A stretch of DNA of 64,000 nucleotides from positions 60,574,001 through 60,638,000 of the forward strand of contig OX597826.1 of the NCBI GenBank assembly GCA_951406725.2. Reading direction: 5' to 3'. The notes under the pieces were generated by a model, which did no database searches, was not told the DNA's origin, and saw nothing but the letters and a program-made list of their open reading frames with translations. Position 1 is the stretch's first letter. Each line of letters begins with the position of its first letter. The position numbers were made by a program, and so were the translations under genes. Origin of the DNA: Octopus vulgaris. Lineage: Eukaryota. Of this stretch, positions 16,154 through 30,833 are shown one piece after another.

Positions 16154-16367
16154 TTTTGTTCAAGTAGTGAGTTCTTGTTGGGTGAGTTGTATCCAGTTTT
16201 GTTCAAGTAGTGAGTTCTTGTTGGGTGAGTTGTATCCAGTTTTGTTCAAGTAGTGAGTTCTTGTTGGTTGAGTTGTATCCAGTTTTGTTCAAGTAGTGAG
16301 TTCTTGTTGGGTGAGTTGTATCCAGTTTTGTTCAAGTAGTGAGTTCTTGTTGGGTGAGTTGTATCCA
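16154..16367. repeat. 5 x 43-bp tandem repeat inside the LINE 3' end
   Basis: Unit gttcaagtagtgagttcttgttgggtgagttgtatccagtttt starts at 16158, 16201, 16244, 16287 and 16330. Confidence 0.95.
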
Positions 16368-17522
16368 ATTATGGGTGGCTTATCTGGTATTCTTTGAAGG
16401 AATCTATCCAGACTCTGTTTGAAGTTGATGGGATCCTTTTCCTCTTTGATCTCCCTCGGGACAATGTTAAATAGGGCAGGGCCTGTTGAGGAAAAGAAAT
16501 TATGTTGCAGTGTACGTGTATGTTGTGATCTTGAATTTGGCAGGGGACGTATAGCCCGTGGTCCAAGTCTTGGATGAACCTTGAAGCTAATGTTTAGGTC
16601 GTTTGGGCAAAGTTGGCGGTATATTTTCCACATCGTACAAATGATGTACCGCTCACGGCGACGCTGGAGGGAGTAAAGTTTCAAGGATTTAAGGCGATTC
16701 CAATAATCGAGAGCAGCCATGCCTTCAATTTGTTTAGTGAGAGCCCTCTGGGGTGACTCAATTCTGGAGATGTTTTGTCTTGTATGAGGAGACCACAGTG
16801 GGCAGCAGTATTCAAGGTGTGGCCGTACAAAGGAGGAAAAAAAGTGGTATGATGACACCTTGTTCTCTGGACCGGAAAGTTCTTAAGATCCAGGAACTCA
16901 TCCTACGAGCTATATCGACCTTCTTGTTGATGTGTGCACTCCAACTGAGATCGTCATCAACAATTACACCCAGGTCTCTGATATTGTTAGAGGCTGTGAG
17001 CGTTTCCCCTGAAGGAAGAGAGTATGGTTGTTTTAGTGAGGAATTTCTTCCAAAATGCATCAGCTCAAATTTTCCCTCATTCAGTTGCATTTTGTTTCTG
17101 TCTGCCCATTGACTCACAGCATATAGATCAGACTGGAGTTGAGTTCGGTCTGCTTCTTCATTGACGATTTGCTGGAGCTTAGTGTCATCAGCGAATATTT
17201 TCACTTTGCAGTGATGTACGACACTGGAAAGGTCGTTTACGTAAATTATGAAGAGTAGCGGACCCAAAACAGTTCCCTGGGGAACACCGCTGGTGACTTT
17301 TGCTGGGTTTGAGTGGACTCCATCAACTACAACATGTTGTGTTCTATTCGCCAGGAAATACTGAATCCAGGGTAGAACTTTTCCACGGATTCCAACATTT
17401 GCCAATTTTGAGAGTAGGATGTTATGGTCTACCATGTCGAACGATTTACTGAAGTCAAGATATATGACGTCAGAGTTCGAACCTGTTCCCAAGGCTTTGA
17501 GTACATCTTCAATGTAGTGTAA
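16289..17522 (-). pseudogene. LINE ORF2 reverse transcriptase C-terminal part, with one frameshift near the A7 run at ~16837
   Basis: ORFs 16812..17492 and 16289..16858 are consecutive parts of one RT protein. The frame extends upstream to LHYIEDVLKALG at ~17522, where homology stops. Confidence 0.9.
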
Positions 17523-18082
17523 GAAAAGGAAAATAATTCTGGATAATACCTATAAGTTAGACAAAATTATCAAAAATTATCTTTTATCGTTAAGTCTACA
17601 TGCTCCGTCAGTATCGACCTTGCCGTAAGTCTAAACAACAATATGAAAACCATCTTACTTATCATCTCCTAAACCTAATCATCCACTTCTTAAATCAATT
17701 AGGAGAAATTAATCTGCAACAGACGGGTGTTTGTCCTGGAGTTATATTAGTTTCTTATACTTTAGACAACAAATATTGAGTCAAGGTTAGTAATGTTCAG
17801 ACGTCCAGTGAAACTTCATTTTCATGGACTGCCCACTTCGTTTCTATTTATTTTCCATCCTTACAGTCTTTCGCATTGCCTCTTTTCTCCTCTCCGTCCT
17901 TCTCTAACATCCAAATTTACTTACAACTGTCTATCTGTTTTCTTTACAGGCTTCTACTTCCATTTTCCTTGCGCTTTATTTTTTCATTTGATTTCATCTT
18001 CATTCTCTCTTAGATACTAATTACATTGTACATACACATCCACACTCTAACTACATCACAAATTTTCTCTCCTTCTTTTTAT

Positions 18083-18149
<67 letters not shown>

Positions 18150-18199
18150 TTCGATTTACTTTCTATGCAGGCATAGCTAGGCGCAGTTATGGCTTGCGA

Positions 18200-18778
18200 G
18201 GCGGCGAGCTGGCAGAAATGTTAGCACACCGGGCGAAATGCTTAAATGTATTGTGAGGTCAAATTCCGCTGAGGTCGACTTTGCCTTTCATCCTTTCGGG
18301 GTCGATAAATTAAGTACCAGTTGCGCACTGGGGTCGATGAAATCGACTTCATACCTATGCCTGTGCTTGTTTGTCCCCTCTATGTTTAGCCCCTTGTGGG
18401 TAGTAAAGAAATAGGTATTTCGTCTGCCATTATGTTGTGAGTTCAAATTCCGCCAAGGTCAACTTTGCCTTTCATTCTTTCGGGGTCGATAAATTAAGTA
18501 CCAGTTACGCACTGGGGTCGATATAATCGACTTAATCTGTTTGTCTGTCCTTGTTTGTCCTCTCTGTGTTTAGCCGCTTGTGGGTAGTAAATAAATAGGT
18601 ATTTCATCTGCAGTTACGTTCTGAATTCAAATTCCGCCGAGGTCGACTTTGCCTTTGATCCTCTCGGGGTCGATAAATTAGTACCAGTTGTGTACTAGGG
18701 TCGATGTAGTCAATCCATTTTTCTGTTCTTGTTTGTCCCCTCTATATTTAACCCCTTGTGGGCAATAAAGAAATAAGG
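18200..18778 (+). mobile_element. Family A SINE, three-unit form, nested in a family B head
   Basis: Head + 3 bodies. TSD tatggcttgc at 18188 and 18779. Confidence 0.9.
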
Positions 18779-18842
18779 TATGGCTTGCATGGTTAAGAAA
18801 CACGCTCTTCCACTTGGTTTCGGCTTCTGTCCCACTATGTTC

Positions 18843-18944
18843 TATAGTAGAAGACACTTGCCCAAGGTGCCACGCAGTGGGACTGAATGCGAAACCATGT
18901 GGTTGGTAAACAAGCTACTTATCACACAGTCATTCCTGCGTCTA
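18843..18944 (-). mobile_element. Family B SINE head fragment
   Basis: Reverse complement of the family B 5' region (compare 13205-13300). Confidence 0.8.
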
Positions 18945-19149
18945 GAGGCAAACTAATCATTAGCTCAGCGAGAAAATTGCTTCACGGAATTTTCACCGTG
19001 TTTACGTTGTGAGGTAAACGTGCCTTTCATCGGTTCGAGATCGATCAAATACGTATCAATCAAGTAATGGACACGATATAACTGATGATCCATATTCCCA
19101 CCGAATTTCAGGCTTTGTGCCAAACAGTACAAAGTTTTGTTATTAATAC

Positions 19150-19360
19150 GACGAGCTAGTAGAATCGTTAGCATGCCGCTAAAATTCGTAGCAACATTTC
19201 GTCCGTCTTTACGTTCTGAGTTCAAATTCCGCCGATGTCCACTTTGCCTTTCATAATTCCGGATCGATAAAATAAGTACTAGTTTAGCAATGAGGTCGAT
19301 TTAATCGACTTACCCACCATTTGAAATTGCTGGCCCTGTGCCGAAATTTGAAACCATTAT
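19150..19360 (+). mobile_element. Family A SINE with the alternative tail (ttgctggccctgtgccgaaatttgaaaccatt)
   Basis: Family A head and core with a different 3' module, also seen at ~11897, ~12037, ~42318 and ~44025. Confidence 0.8.
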
Positions 19361-19524
19361 GATGATGATGATGATGATCATCATTATTATTATTAAAAAG
19401 TTTATCATTATGCTTTCCTTTTTTGATTCCACCGTTTACATTTTTTCTTTCACTTCGTCCTCTTTCTCATTGATTTCTATTTCCTTCTCTTTCTTTTGCA
19501 TTCTTCAACGGCTTTTATATTTTA

Positions 19525-19916
19525 CTAGCAGTATCGCCCGGCGTTGCTCGGGTTTGTAAGGGAAATAACTATATAAGCATTTTTAGAGAGTTATAGCCAA
19601 AAAATAGCAAAATATGCATTAAAAATGGAAAAAAATTATGGTAATTTTTTTTTAAATCGTTGACTCATCATAGACATTTTTAGAGAGTTACTTCCCTTAT
19701 ATAATAGCGACAGAATGCATTAAAATGGAAAAAATGATGGTAAATTTTTTTTAAATCGTAGACTCATCGTAGACGCGCGCTAATACCCAGAAGGGCTCGA
19801 TATGAATCACGACTATAAGATACCCGCTTTTGGTTAAACTGCACCGCAAAATGTGGGAGTAGTTAGAATCTAAATCGTAGGAGACAGACACACAACTTCA
19901 CTTTTATATATAAAGA
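19525..19916 (-). mobile_element. Complete non-autonomous Helitron
   Basis: The minus strand starts TCtttatatataaaagtg and ends cccgagcaacgccggg (hairpin) cgatactgCTAG. Inserted between A and T with no TSD. Contains an internal ~98-bp duplication. Confidence 0.88.
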
Positions 19917-20433
19917 TTTCTTCACTTTCTTCTTTCTCTCCTTCTTCTTCTTCACTTTCTTCTTCCCCCTCTTCTCCTTTTTCTTCTTCCTCTTCTTCAT
20001 CTCCACTTTCTTCTTCCTCTCCTTCTTCTTCCTTTTCTTCCCCCTCTTCTCCTTTTTCTTCTTCCTCTTCTCCTACTCCTTCTTCTTCTTCGTCTCACTA
20101 CTTCTTCCTTTTCACCTTCTTCATTTTCACATTCTTCTTTCCACTCTTCTTCTTCCACTTCTTTTTCTTCTTCTTCCACTTCTTTTTCTTCTTCTCTTCT
20201 TCTTCTTCTTCTTCTTCTTCTTCTCCTTCTTCTCATTCTTCTTCTTCTTCCACTTCTTCTCCTTCTTCTTCTTCGTCTTCTTCTTCTTTTTCTTTTTCTT
20301 CTTCTTCTTCTTCTTCACCTTCTTCTTTTTCCTTCTTCTTCTTCCTCTTCTTCTTCTACCTCTCCTTCTTCTTCTTTTTCTCTTCTTCTTCTTCTCCTTC
20401 TTCTTCTTCTTCTTCTTCTTCTTCTTCTTCTTC

Positions 20434-20465
<32 letters not shown>

Positions 20466-20585
20466 CTTCTTCTTCTTCTTCTTCTTCTTCTCCGTCTTCT
20501 TCTTCTTCTTCTTCTTCTTCTTCTTCTTCTTCTTCTTCTTCTTCTTCTTTTTTCTTCTTCTTCTTTCCCTCTTCTTCTTCTACTC
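19917..20585. repeat. (TTC)n polypyrimidine tract
   Basis: Directly visible. Confidence 0.95.
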
Positions 20586-20961
20586 CTTTTTTTTATTTTT
20601 TGACTTCTTCCTCTGTCATTGTTCTTTCTCTTTCTATTTTCTTTCTCTTGTTCTTTTACATTTTCATATCTCTTTTACTTTTCAAGCTTCCTTTCAGGGA
20701 AATGTCAACCATCTTGTGATATTCAATAATTCTTCATTTTGAATGTCACAGCTATTCTGGAACGTCTAGCCAAGGCATTACCATCATTTCCAGGAACCTG
20801 AAGTAGATTTCATTTACAGAACCAATAGAATCTTTTCTATTTACTTTCAATTCATATTTTTTGTTTGCTTTTATATAGGACCACCTTATACACATCCATA
20901 CATCCATACATCCATACATTCATACATACATACATATACATACATATGTATATAATTGTAC

Positions 20962-21014
<53 letters not shown>

Positions 21015-21399
21015 TGTTATTTTCTTTTGTCTCGTCACCAACCATTCAGCTAATTCGTAAATTCGTAGCTTCCTTATTGGCGAAAGAATGATTGTTTAGA
21101 ATTTTCGTTTTATTATGCTTTTGTCTTTTTTTTTCTATTATTTTGACTGTTTTCGATTCTTTTTTCCCTGTTGTATTATGTATTTCGTTTGTTTTGCTAT
21201 ATATAATTTTTTTTCTGTTGTAAATCCATCTTAAACGAGCAAGCAATGAATGGAATATCCAAATATTCATAGCATTCATTCACATTGCTTTTGTTGTTTT
21301 GGCTTAGCTTGGATTTAGCTTGGGTTCAGCATGAATATTCTTGTTCTTTCCCTTCTGCTTTGAGATTCTGTCTGTGAGCCCTTACTTTTCTTTCAACTT

Positions 21400-21436
<37 letters not shown>

Positions 21437-21990
21437 TGTTTATTTTGTCTCTAAAGTTCGTTTGCGCCAAACGCCACTTCACTATCGTAAACTATAACCA
21501 AACACGTTCATATAGAATAAATGGCACGCATACATATACGTTAAGTCCCTACAGAAACATATACATATATCAACCAACACACACACATTCTCGTTCGTTC
21601 TTTCCCGTAAAAGGTTAGCATCATGAAGTTGATATGAACTTGAAATGAATTCCATTTAAACCATTGCTGTCCACTCAAGTGGGCACACAGCGAAATATCT
21701 CTCTGCATTTTATTCTGTCTTGTTTAACATTTATACGAAATAACTTGAACAACGATGCGTCATTATTTACGCACAAATGGATTAACAGAAACACACAGGC
21801 ACACAGACAAACACTCACACACAAACACACGCGCGCACATTCTCATACAAGCACGAACACAGTCGCACAAACGTAGACACACACGCACACATATGCGTAT
21901 GTCAAGAAGCAATATGCGTGTGCGTGCGTGTGAGCATGCATATAAATATACAAATTTATACAAATATATAACCATATATATACATACATA

Positions 21991-22288
21991 TCACCGTGAT
22001 CACCGTGACCGACCAGGCTATCAGATGTTGCTACACATCGCTGGTCACAATGCGCTTCACATTGTTTTAGCCTTCAAATGACGCTACCCCGCTGGCTAAG
22101 CGAGCTGGCCAACAGAAGAAAGATTGAGAGGAAGTTGTGGCGAAAGAGTACAGCAGGGATCGCCCCCCCCCCCCTGCCGGAGCCTCGTGGAGGTTTTAGG
22201 TGTTTTAGCTCAATAAACACACACAATACCCGGTCTGGGAATCAAAACCGCGAGTCCGCTGCCCTAACCACTGGGCCATTGCGCCTCC
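21991..22288 (-). mobile_element. Family C SINE (tail variant 2, ending in cacggtgat repeats)
   Basis: Head is the reverse complement of 4131ff. Body is shared with 40586ff up to the ctttctc tract, then a different tail follows. Confidence 0.85.
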
Positions 22289-22393
22289 ATACATACATAC
22301 ATATATATATATATTTATATACATATTTTGTTCTATGTACGCATATTGGATATATATATATATAAATGCCTATTGCATTGGTGTGTGTTTGTG

Positions 22394-22442
<49 letters not shown>

Positions 22443-23178
22443 GTGTTGTGCGTGTATTCGTCTGTGTGCCTAGTGTTATGTGAATGTGTCGCTATGAGTA
22501 TGAGTGTATTCAATTCCTATAGGCGTAGAGGTGTGTCTGTTAGTGGCAGAAACCGTACGCTATCGAATGCAACGTAGGAGTAACTACCACATGGTAGATG
22601 CTTGTGCGTAAAGGATGCTGTTGCATAGCAGTTTAAACCTTCACACTCGGTTCGGATATGAATTCAAAGACCAAAAAAAGAAAACAAGACAAGGGAAATT
22701 CCAACTGCAGATTAATGGATATAATAAGTGGATATCGACTTCATGCTTAAAAGTCCTGCGTTATATTGATTCTATAATTGCGTGTTGCTCGTAGATAAAT
22801 GAGGTGTCGCTGGGTATAGATATATAAACACATACACATATACATCATCGTCATCATAATCACCTCGTTTTCATCATCTCTCGGGGTCAATAAAAGCAAG
22901 CACTAAATGAACATTGAGGGTGATGCCATCGACTCCGCCCCGTCCCCACCCCATCTTAATGTAGCTGTCCTTGTGCCACAATTTGAATGGCTCTTCTCTG
23001 AGAGTGGTTTTCTAAGTAGTGGGCAAGAACCTGGATGATAGTACTTTCCATGTCTTGGGGATGACAGAGTAATACTGGACTTTTTTGTGTGGAGATAACC
23101 CCAGGATTATTCTAAGGGCTGTACCCCGACATTGAGGATTCTATTTATTAATTGTTGCTTTTTAGAATTTGTATTTAT

Positions 23179-23364
23179 AGGCGCAGACGTGCCTGTGTGG
23201 TAAAAAGCTTGCTTCCTTACCACACGGTTCCGAGTTCAGTCCCCCTGCATGGTACCTTGGGCAAGTAACTTATACTGTAGCCTCGGGCCGACGAAAACTT
23301 TGTGAATGGATTTGGTTGACGGAAAATGAAAAGAAGACCGAATATATATATATATATATATTGC

Positions 23365-23415
<51 letters not shown>

Positions 23416-23612
23416 GCTACTTTATTTGTTTCATTCATTTGACTGCGGCCATGCTGGAGCACCGCCATGAGTCGAACAAAGTGACCCTAGCCCATTTCCT
23501 TTGTAAAGCTAGTACTTAATCTATCAGTCTGTTTTGCCGAACCGCTGAGTTACGGGGACGTAAACATAACTGCATAGGTTGTCAACAGATGGTGGGAAGA
23601 CAAACACACACA
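23179..23612. mobile_element. Family B head (+, 23179-23340) followed by a family B 3' module in opposite orientation (-, 23420-23612)
   Basis: Direct comparison with the intact copies at 12897 and 45241. Confidence 0.8.
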
Positions 23613-23829
23613 AATATATATATATACATACATACATACATACATACATACATACATACATACATACATACATACATACATACATACATACATACATACA
23701 TACATACATACATGGTTCGTAATGTATTTGAGGACATACCTTTTTGGGGTCATTGCTACATCGTTTGCTAACTTTGTATAATCTTTGTTTCAGAAAGTAA
23801 TAATAATAATAACAGACCTTCAGCTTACT

Positions 23830-24230
23830 CAAGAAAAGAAGAGGCATGTTGTAATTGTGGTTATAAAGGCTGAGCATAGCAATTTAGAAATATCTCGATT
23901 TTGTAAAAAGTAAAAAGTTAGAAAGTGAAGATGGAAGAATATCACCAGTATAAAAGCATAAAAAGCACTCTAAACACTCTGCAATAATGAGAAGACTTAA
24001 ATGCAGCCACTAAGTTCAACAAGACATTGCTTACAATCACAGAAAGTCCGTGAGGTCAATTGTAAAAGATTTTCATGTGTCAGAAGGAAGAGTCAGAAAT
24101 GTTGTCCACGAAGACATCAGATATAAGCCTTATATGATGAGGAAAGGTCAATTTGTCAGGAAAAGCAGAAGAAAATCACTACATCATATCTAAATAGTTA
24201 GTAAACTAACTGAAAATTCCAGCAGAAGAA
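23830..24230 (+). pseudogene. Tc1/mariner-superfamily transposase N-terminal (HTH) remnant
   Basis: Translates piecewise as KRHVVIVVIKAEHSNLEISRF...KSVRSIVKDFHVSEGRVRNVVHEDIRYKPYMMRKGQF, with frameshifts and stops. Confidence 0.7.
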
Positions 24231-25344
24231 GATAGATTTGATTTGATCTTGGATCTATGTGGGTTCCTCTGTTAGCTGTAGATGGAGATGCTCTAGTTTT
24301 AGAAGGCTGCTTTTTATTATTTATCAACTATGAATATTTATATTTAAATTTTACCCACCCATCTTGTCTATGTAAATTCCCATACATGATGTAAGTTATT
24401 AGGACTACTGCCTCATGCACCCACTTGGTAAATATATGATGTTGACACATCTATGTACAGATACCGTATGTAAGCGTGGGTTTACGAGAATGTATGTTAT
24501 AGTTATCCAAAGAAAGTTCCAGCTTACTAGATATTAAGATTTAACAGTGAACTATCTTATATCTCGGACCACATAACTACTACCACTTCTAAGAAAGAAA
24601 CAAAGAAGTTGCACAAAATCGTTTCGAAAATTCAACTTCAAATCAGAGATAGAATTAATCTAAATACAGTTAACGTCTGAGATATGGTTTGACATTGAAT
24701 TTTAATCAAATTAGATGAAAATTAATGGTATATATACAATATTTACTTCTATAATCTGTTTTCTTTAAAAGGTCACTACTCCATTACAGAACCTAATTAC
24801 CGAATACAATTAAAAATTATCGAGTTAACTACGAAAAAAAAAAATCAAAGATAATAACGGCTGTAGCACATTCAAAGGTGTTCATTGTGCTACAGCTACT
24901 ATTGCCATGAGTCACTGAGAAAGGAGAGGAACTTCGTAATGTTGATAATAATTAATTTCTTAACAATGTAAAATACTGCAATCTGTCTGCTCAAAGAAAA
25001 CGGTGTAAAAATAAGTTATAGTTTGTATTGAAAACATTTTATGATGAGAGTGCAAAGTAAGAGAAATATAGCTTCAAACAAGCCAACGTCTCCACATGAA
25101 TGCAAAAGTAGCACCACTTAAACCCAAATGACGACTCTCTAACTGACGCTTTTGTATAACTATAGAAGTTATCATTCAAAGACAACAATCGCATCTACTC
25201 TAAGTACAAGGAATGGAAATTTGAGACGATGCGGTAGTAGATTACACCCACCTCGGTACTGAGCTAGTCTTTAATAAAGAAAATATTATTATCATCATCG
25301 TCATCATCATCATCCTCATCATTATTATTTTTTTTATTTTTATC

Positions 25345-25820
25345 ACAGATTTTGTTGGAACTCCTGAAGCCTTCCATGCGTATCGGGCTTGCTACCTGCA
25401 GCCTACGTTAGTATGCTATCTTTTTTTTTCAACTATCCAGTACTTTCCTGATTATTCTGGCCGTGCCAAAGAGGCAAACCTCTTGTAACAGTTCTCCTGA
25501 GTACTCTTTTTTCTTTTATATTCCCCCAAACTACTACGACTTGTTGCGACATAATCTGGTAGCGAAAATGCTACATTGGAAACTGTGCAAAAATTGGGGG
25601 CTAGAGAGAAACTAAGGTCTTCTGTACTGACAGGTTTTCCTCATCTCATCACAGTCGGAACACATTTTGAGAGCCCAAACTCCATCTTAATATCATTGAA
25701 GAAAATTCGTACAGACTGGGCTAGGCTGTCCAGACCTGCCTCAGCTTTTGTAAAAAACTTGAAATCATCCATGAATAGTAAGTGGTTCAGTTTTTCCTTA
25801 CCACTTCCCAAGTCATATTC
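25345..25820 (-). mobile_element. R4/Dong-clade non-LTR retrotransposon remnant, internally deleted
   Basis: Minus strand gives LNHLLFMDDFKFF...LDSLAQSVRIFFNDIKMEFGLSKC (RT) and then ELLQEVCLFGTARIIRKVLDS* (C-terminus). Flanked by (TAA)n. Confidence 0.8.
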
Positions 25821-25822
25821 TA

Positions 25823-25888
<66 letters not shown>

Positions 25889-26009
25889 GTTGTTGTTGTT
25901 ATTGTTGTTATTGTTATTGTTATTGTTATTAATATTATTATTATTATTATTGTGGTTGTTGTTGTTTTATAATAATATGTTTATGTACGTATATATTTAT
26001 GTGTGTATG

Positions 26010-26220
26010 TCTGTGTTTGTCCCCCACGCACCATCGCTTGACAACCGATATCGGTGTGTTTACGTCCTCGTAACTTAATGGTTCGGCAAAGAGACCCTTA
26101 GAATAAGTAACGAGTTTACAAAGAATAAGTCCCGAGGTCGATTTCTTCGACTAAAAGTTGATGCTCCAGCATGGCCGCAGTCAAATGACTGAAACAAATA
26201 AATGAATAAAAGAATAAATA
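26010..26220 (+). mobile_element. Family B SINE 3' module
   Basis: catcgcttgacaaccgat...ctccagcatggccgcagtcaaatgactgaaacaa. Confidence 0.85.
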
Positions 26221-26283
26221 TATATGTATTTATGTGTGTATGTCTTTGTGTCGGTGTTGGTCCTCTCCACCATCGCTGAGCCA

Positions 26284-26452
26284 TGGACTCGCATGGGTCA
26301 GTGGTTAGAGCGTCAAGCTTACGATCGTGAGGTTGTGAGTTCGAATCCCGGACCGGGCTCGTGTTGTGTTCTTGAGCAAGACACTTTATTTCACCTTGCT
26401 CCCGTTCACTCAGCTGTAGAAATGAGATGCGATGTCACTGGTGCCAAGCCAT
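26284..26452 (+). mobile_element. tRNA-headed SINE, family D, with a CORE-like domain (3'-truncated)
   Basis: cagtggttagagcg (A box) and gagttcgaatccc (B box), then tgtgttcttgagcaagacactt...cagctgtagaaatgag resembling the MIR/CORE domain. Siblings at 47511 and ~9045. Confidence 0.8.
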
Positions 26453-26491
26453 AGATTTTAGCGCAGCATTTACAGGAATTCAAGAAGTTAA

Positions 26492-26640
26492 TTATATTTC
26501 CTTGTGATCGTTCCCAGAAAAAAACATGTCATCAATGAACCATAACCAGAGTATTGGTTCATGAACATGCAGGGATGTGAATCTCTTCAGTAACTGGAAC
26601 GAAAGCCACATATGACATCTGATCAATTTATCTATCATTA
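26492..26640 (-). pseudogene. Penelope-like RT fragment
   Basis: EPILWLWFIDDMFF resembles the Penelope PxxWxRYIDDIF catalytic motif. Confidence 0.5.
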
Positions 26641-27129
26641 GGTGTGAATGTAGTTGTGTGGTTATGAAGGTTGCTTTGCAACAACGTGATTCGAGCTCAG
26701 TCCCACTGCTCGGCACTTTGGGCTTTTCGCTTCTACAGCAGCCCCATGTGAATCAGTGGTCTGTGTGTAAATTTGGTAAACCACCGGACACATATATATA
26801 TATATGTGAGTGTGTGTGTGTGAGTGTTTGTGTGTGTGTATGTTAGTGTGTATGTGCATTCCTTGATTCTTTTATACGTTTGAGCCCTACGTCTCTGGCT
26901 TTGCTGATGCACCGCCAGTATCTCACCTTTACAATGGTCAATCTTATGTGATTGCTTTCAGTAAAGGAGTCCGACACTGTTACCCTCTTTCAAGTTGCCT
27001 GTCTTGAAATAGGATCGTTAAGAACCTTGGATAGCAGAAGGCCGTGTTGCTTCTTGAAAAAACATCTACCCGTAGAACATGAAGATCCTTCAGATGTGTT
27101 ATCAAGGCTTTATACACACACAGACAAAC

Positions 27130-29310
<2,181 letters not shown>

Positions 29311-30349
29311 GGCATGAATAGTTGTATAAGAATGCGTATATATTTGTGTATTTACACGTACACACACTCACTCACACACACACTCATATATAGACACACA
29401 CACATACATGCATGCATACATACTGAGTATAAATTACTTTTTAGATTTTCTTTATTTTCCACTCTTCAACCGCTCTCGTTTTTGTTTCCTTCATATTTAA
29501 TGCGCTGCGCGTTTTATCTATCCTATCCAATCAGAACACTTGTTAGGTTATTGCGTCACATCGACAAGCACACTACTACGTTGACCCTGCTAGGATGAAG
29601 AAAATGAAATGTTAATAATTAATGGGGGGGTTGATGAATCTAACAAACGAAGAAAGTGAAAACACATAAATAAAAATATTTGTGTTTTACTCATAAATCA
29701 TAAAACAATTTGGAGCATCTTCATTAGTTATCGTATTTTCTATAACGAACTTGGCAGATTCAAAAAACAAAAAAAAAAATATTTTCAAAGTTTTTTTTTT
29801 TTTTTCTTAACGTTTAAAAACGTGAAGGTGTTCGTTTGATGTGTATTTCTTTTGTTTTATTTTTCTAGTTATTTTTTTGCTTCTTTTGTTTTTATTTTGT
29901 ATTATTTTTTACTTCCCTTGTTGATATATATTTTCTAATTGGCGTTTCTTAACCTGTTTATTTTATTTTATTTTATTTTATTTTTTGTATCTTTAACGAA
30001 CATAATTAAATTTTAAATACATAGCATGAGTGATCTTTAAGATTTTATGGTATCCACGTATCTGTAAATGTTGCTGAAATTTTGCAATTTAGATCTCAGA
30101 ACAAAATATCTGAATATTCGTTTCATCTTCTCTCTCGTTCCGTCGTTTTTACCCACGTTCTCTCTTCGCCGCCCCCTCGCTCTGTCGCTACCTCTCTATA
30201 TTACACCTACCATTTTTATCATTTTTTTTACACCATACCTCTATGTCTATTTTATTTCTTTTATTTCTCTCTCTTCTTTAACCAGTGTTATTCGTCTCGC
30301 TTTATTCCTATCTGTATTTTCGTTTGAATCTCTATGCCCTCCCACCTGT

Positions 30350-30431
<82 letters not shown>

Positions 30432-30796
30432 ACCACGTACTTTTTATACTGTTTCTACATTTCATTTATTCGCATTCTCAGCCTGTCTAAATATCTATAT
30501 AACTACTTGTCTGTGTATAACCGCAATCATTTCCTACCTACTTGTAGTATCCCTCTCACATATACATACAGACATTCTCTTTGTTTCACACACACACACA
30601 TCCTCTCTCTCTCTCTCTCTCTCTACTTCTCTCTTTCTCTGTGTTTCTCTCTCACGCACACAGATAACACATTCGTACTGTTTCATTCTTTATCTCTGTC
30701 TCTCTCTTAAAATCCTCCTTTCTTTATCTCTCCCAAACAATTTATCTAGCATCGTTTTCCCCCGCCCTATATCTCTCTTTCTTTCTCAGTTTCTCT

Positions 30797-30833
<37 letters not shown>

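Larger units (their letters stand above)
16047..17522 (-). mobile_element. 5'-truncated CR1/L2-group LINE (RT domain to 3' tail)
   Basis: RT motifs YLDFSKSFD, SGVPQGTVLGPLLF, IFADD, DLGV, then RPHLEYC and LYSLQRRRER, a short 3' UTR and terminal (TATCTAAGTTT)n repeats. Confidence 0.93.

Noticed and set aside
16154-16367. Regular 43-bp repeats as a possible CRISPR array
   Set aside because: Head-to-tail identical units with no spacers, inside a eukaryotic LINE.
26284-26356. tRNA gene (similar heads at 4131 and 9595-9653)
   Set aside because: The acceptor stem does not pair and the sequence runs into a SINE body; these are SINE heads.
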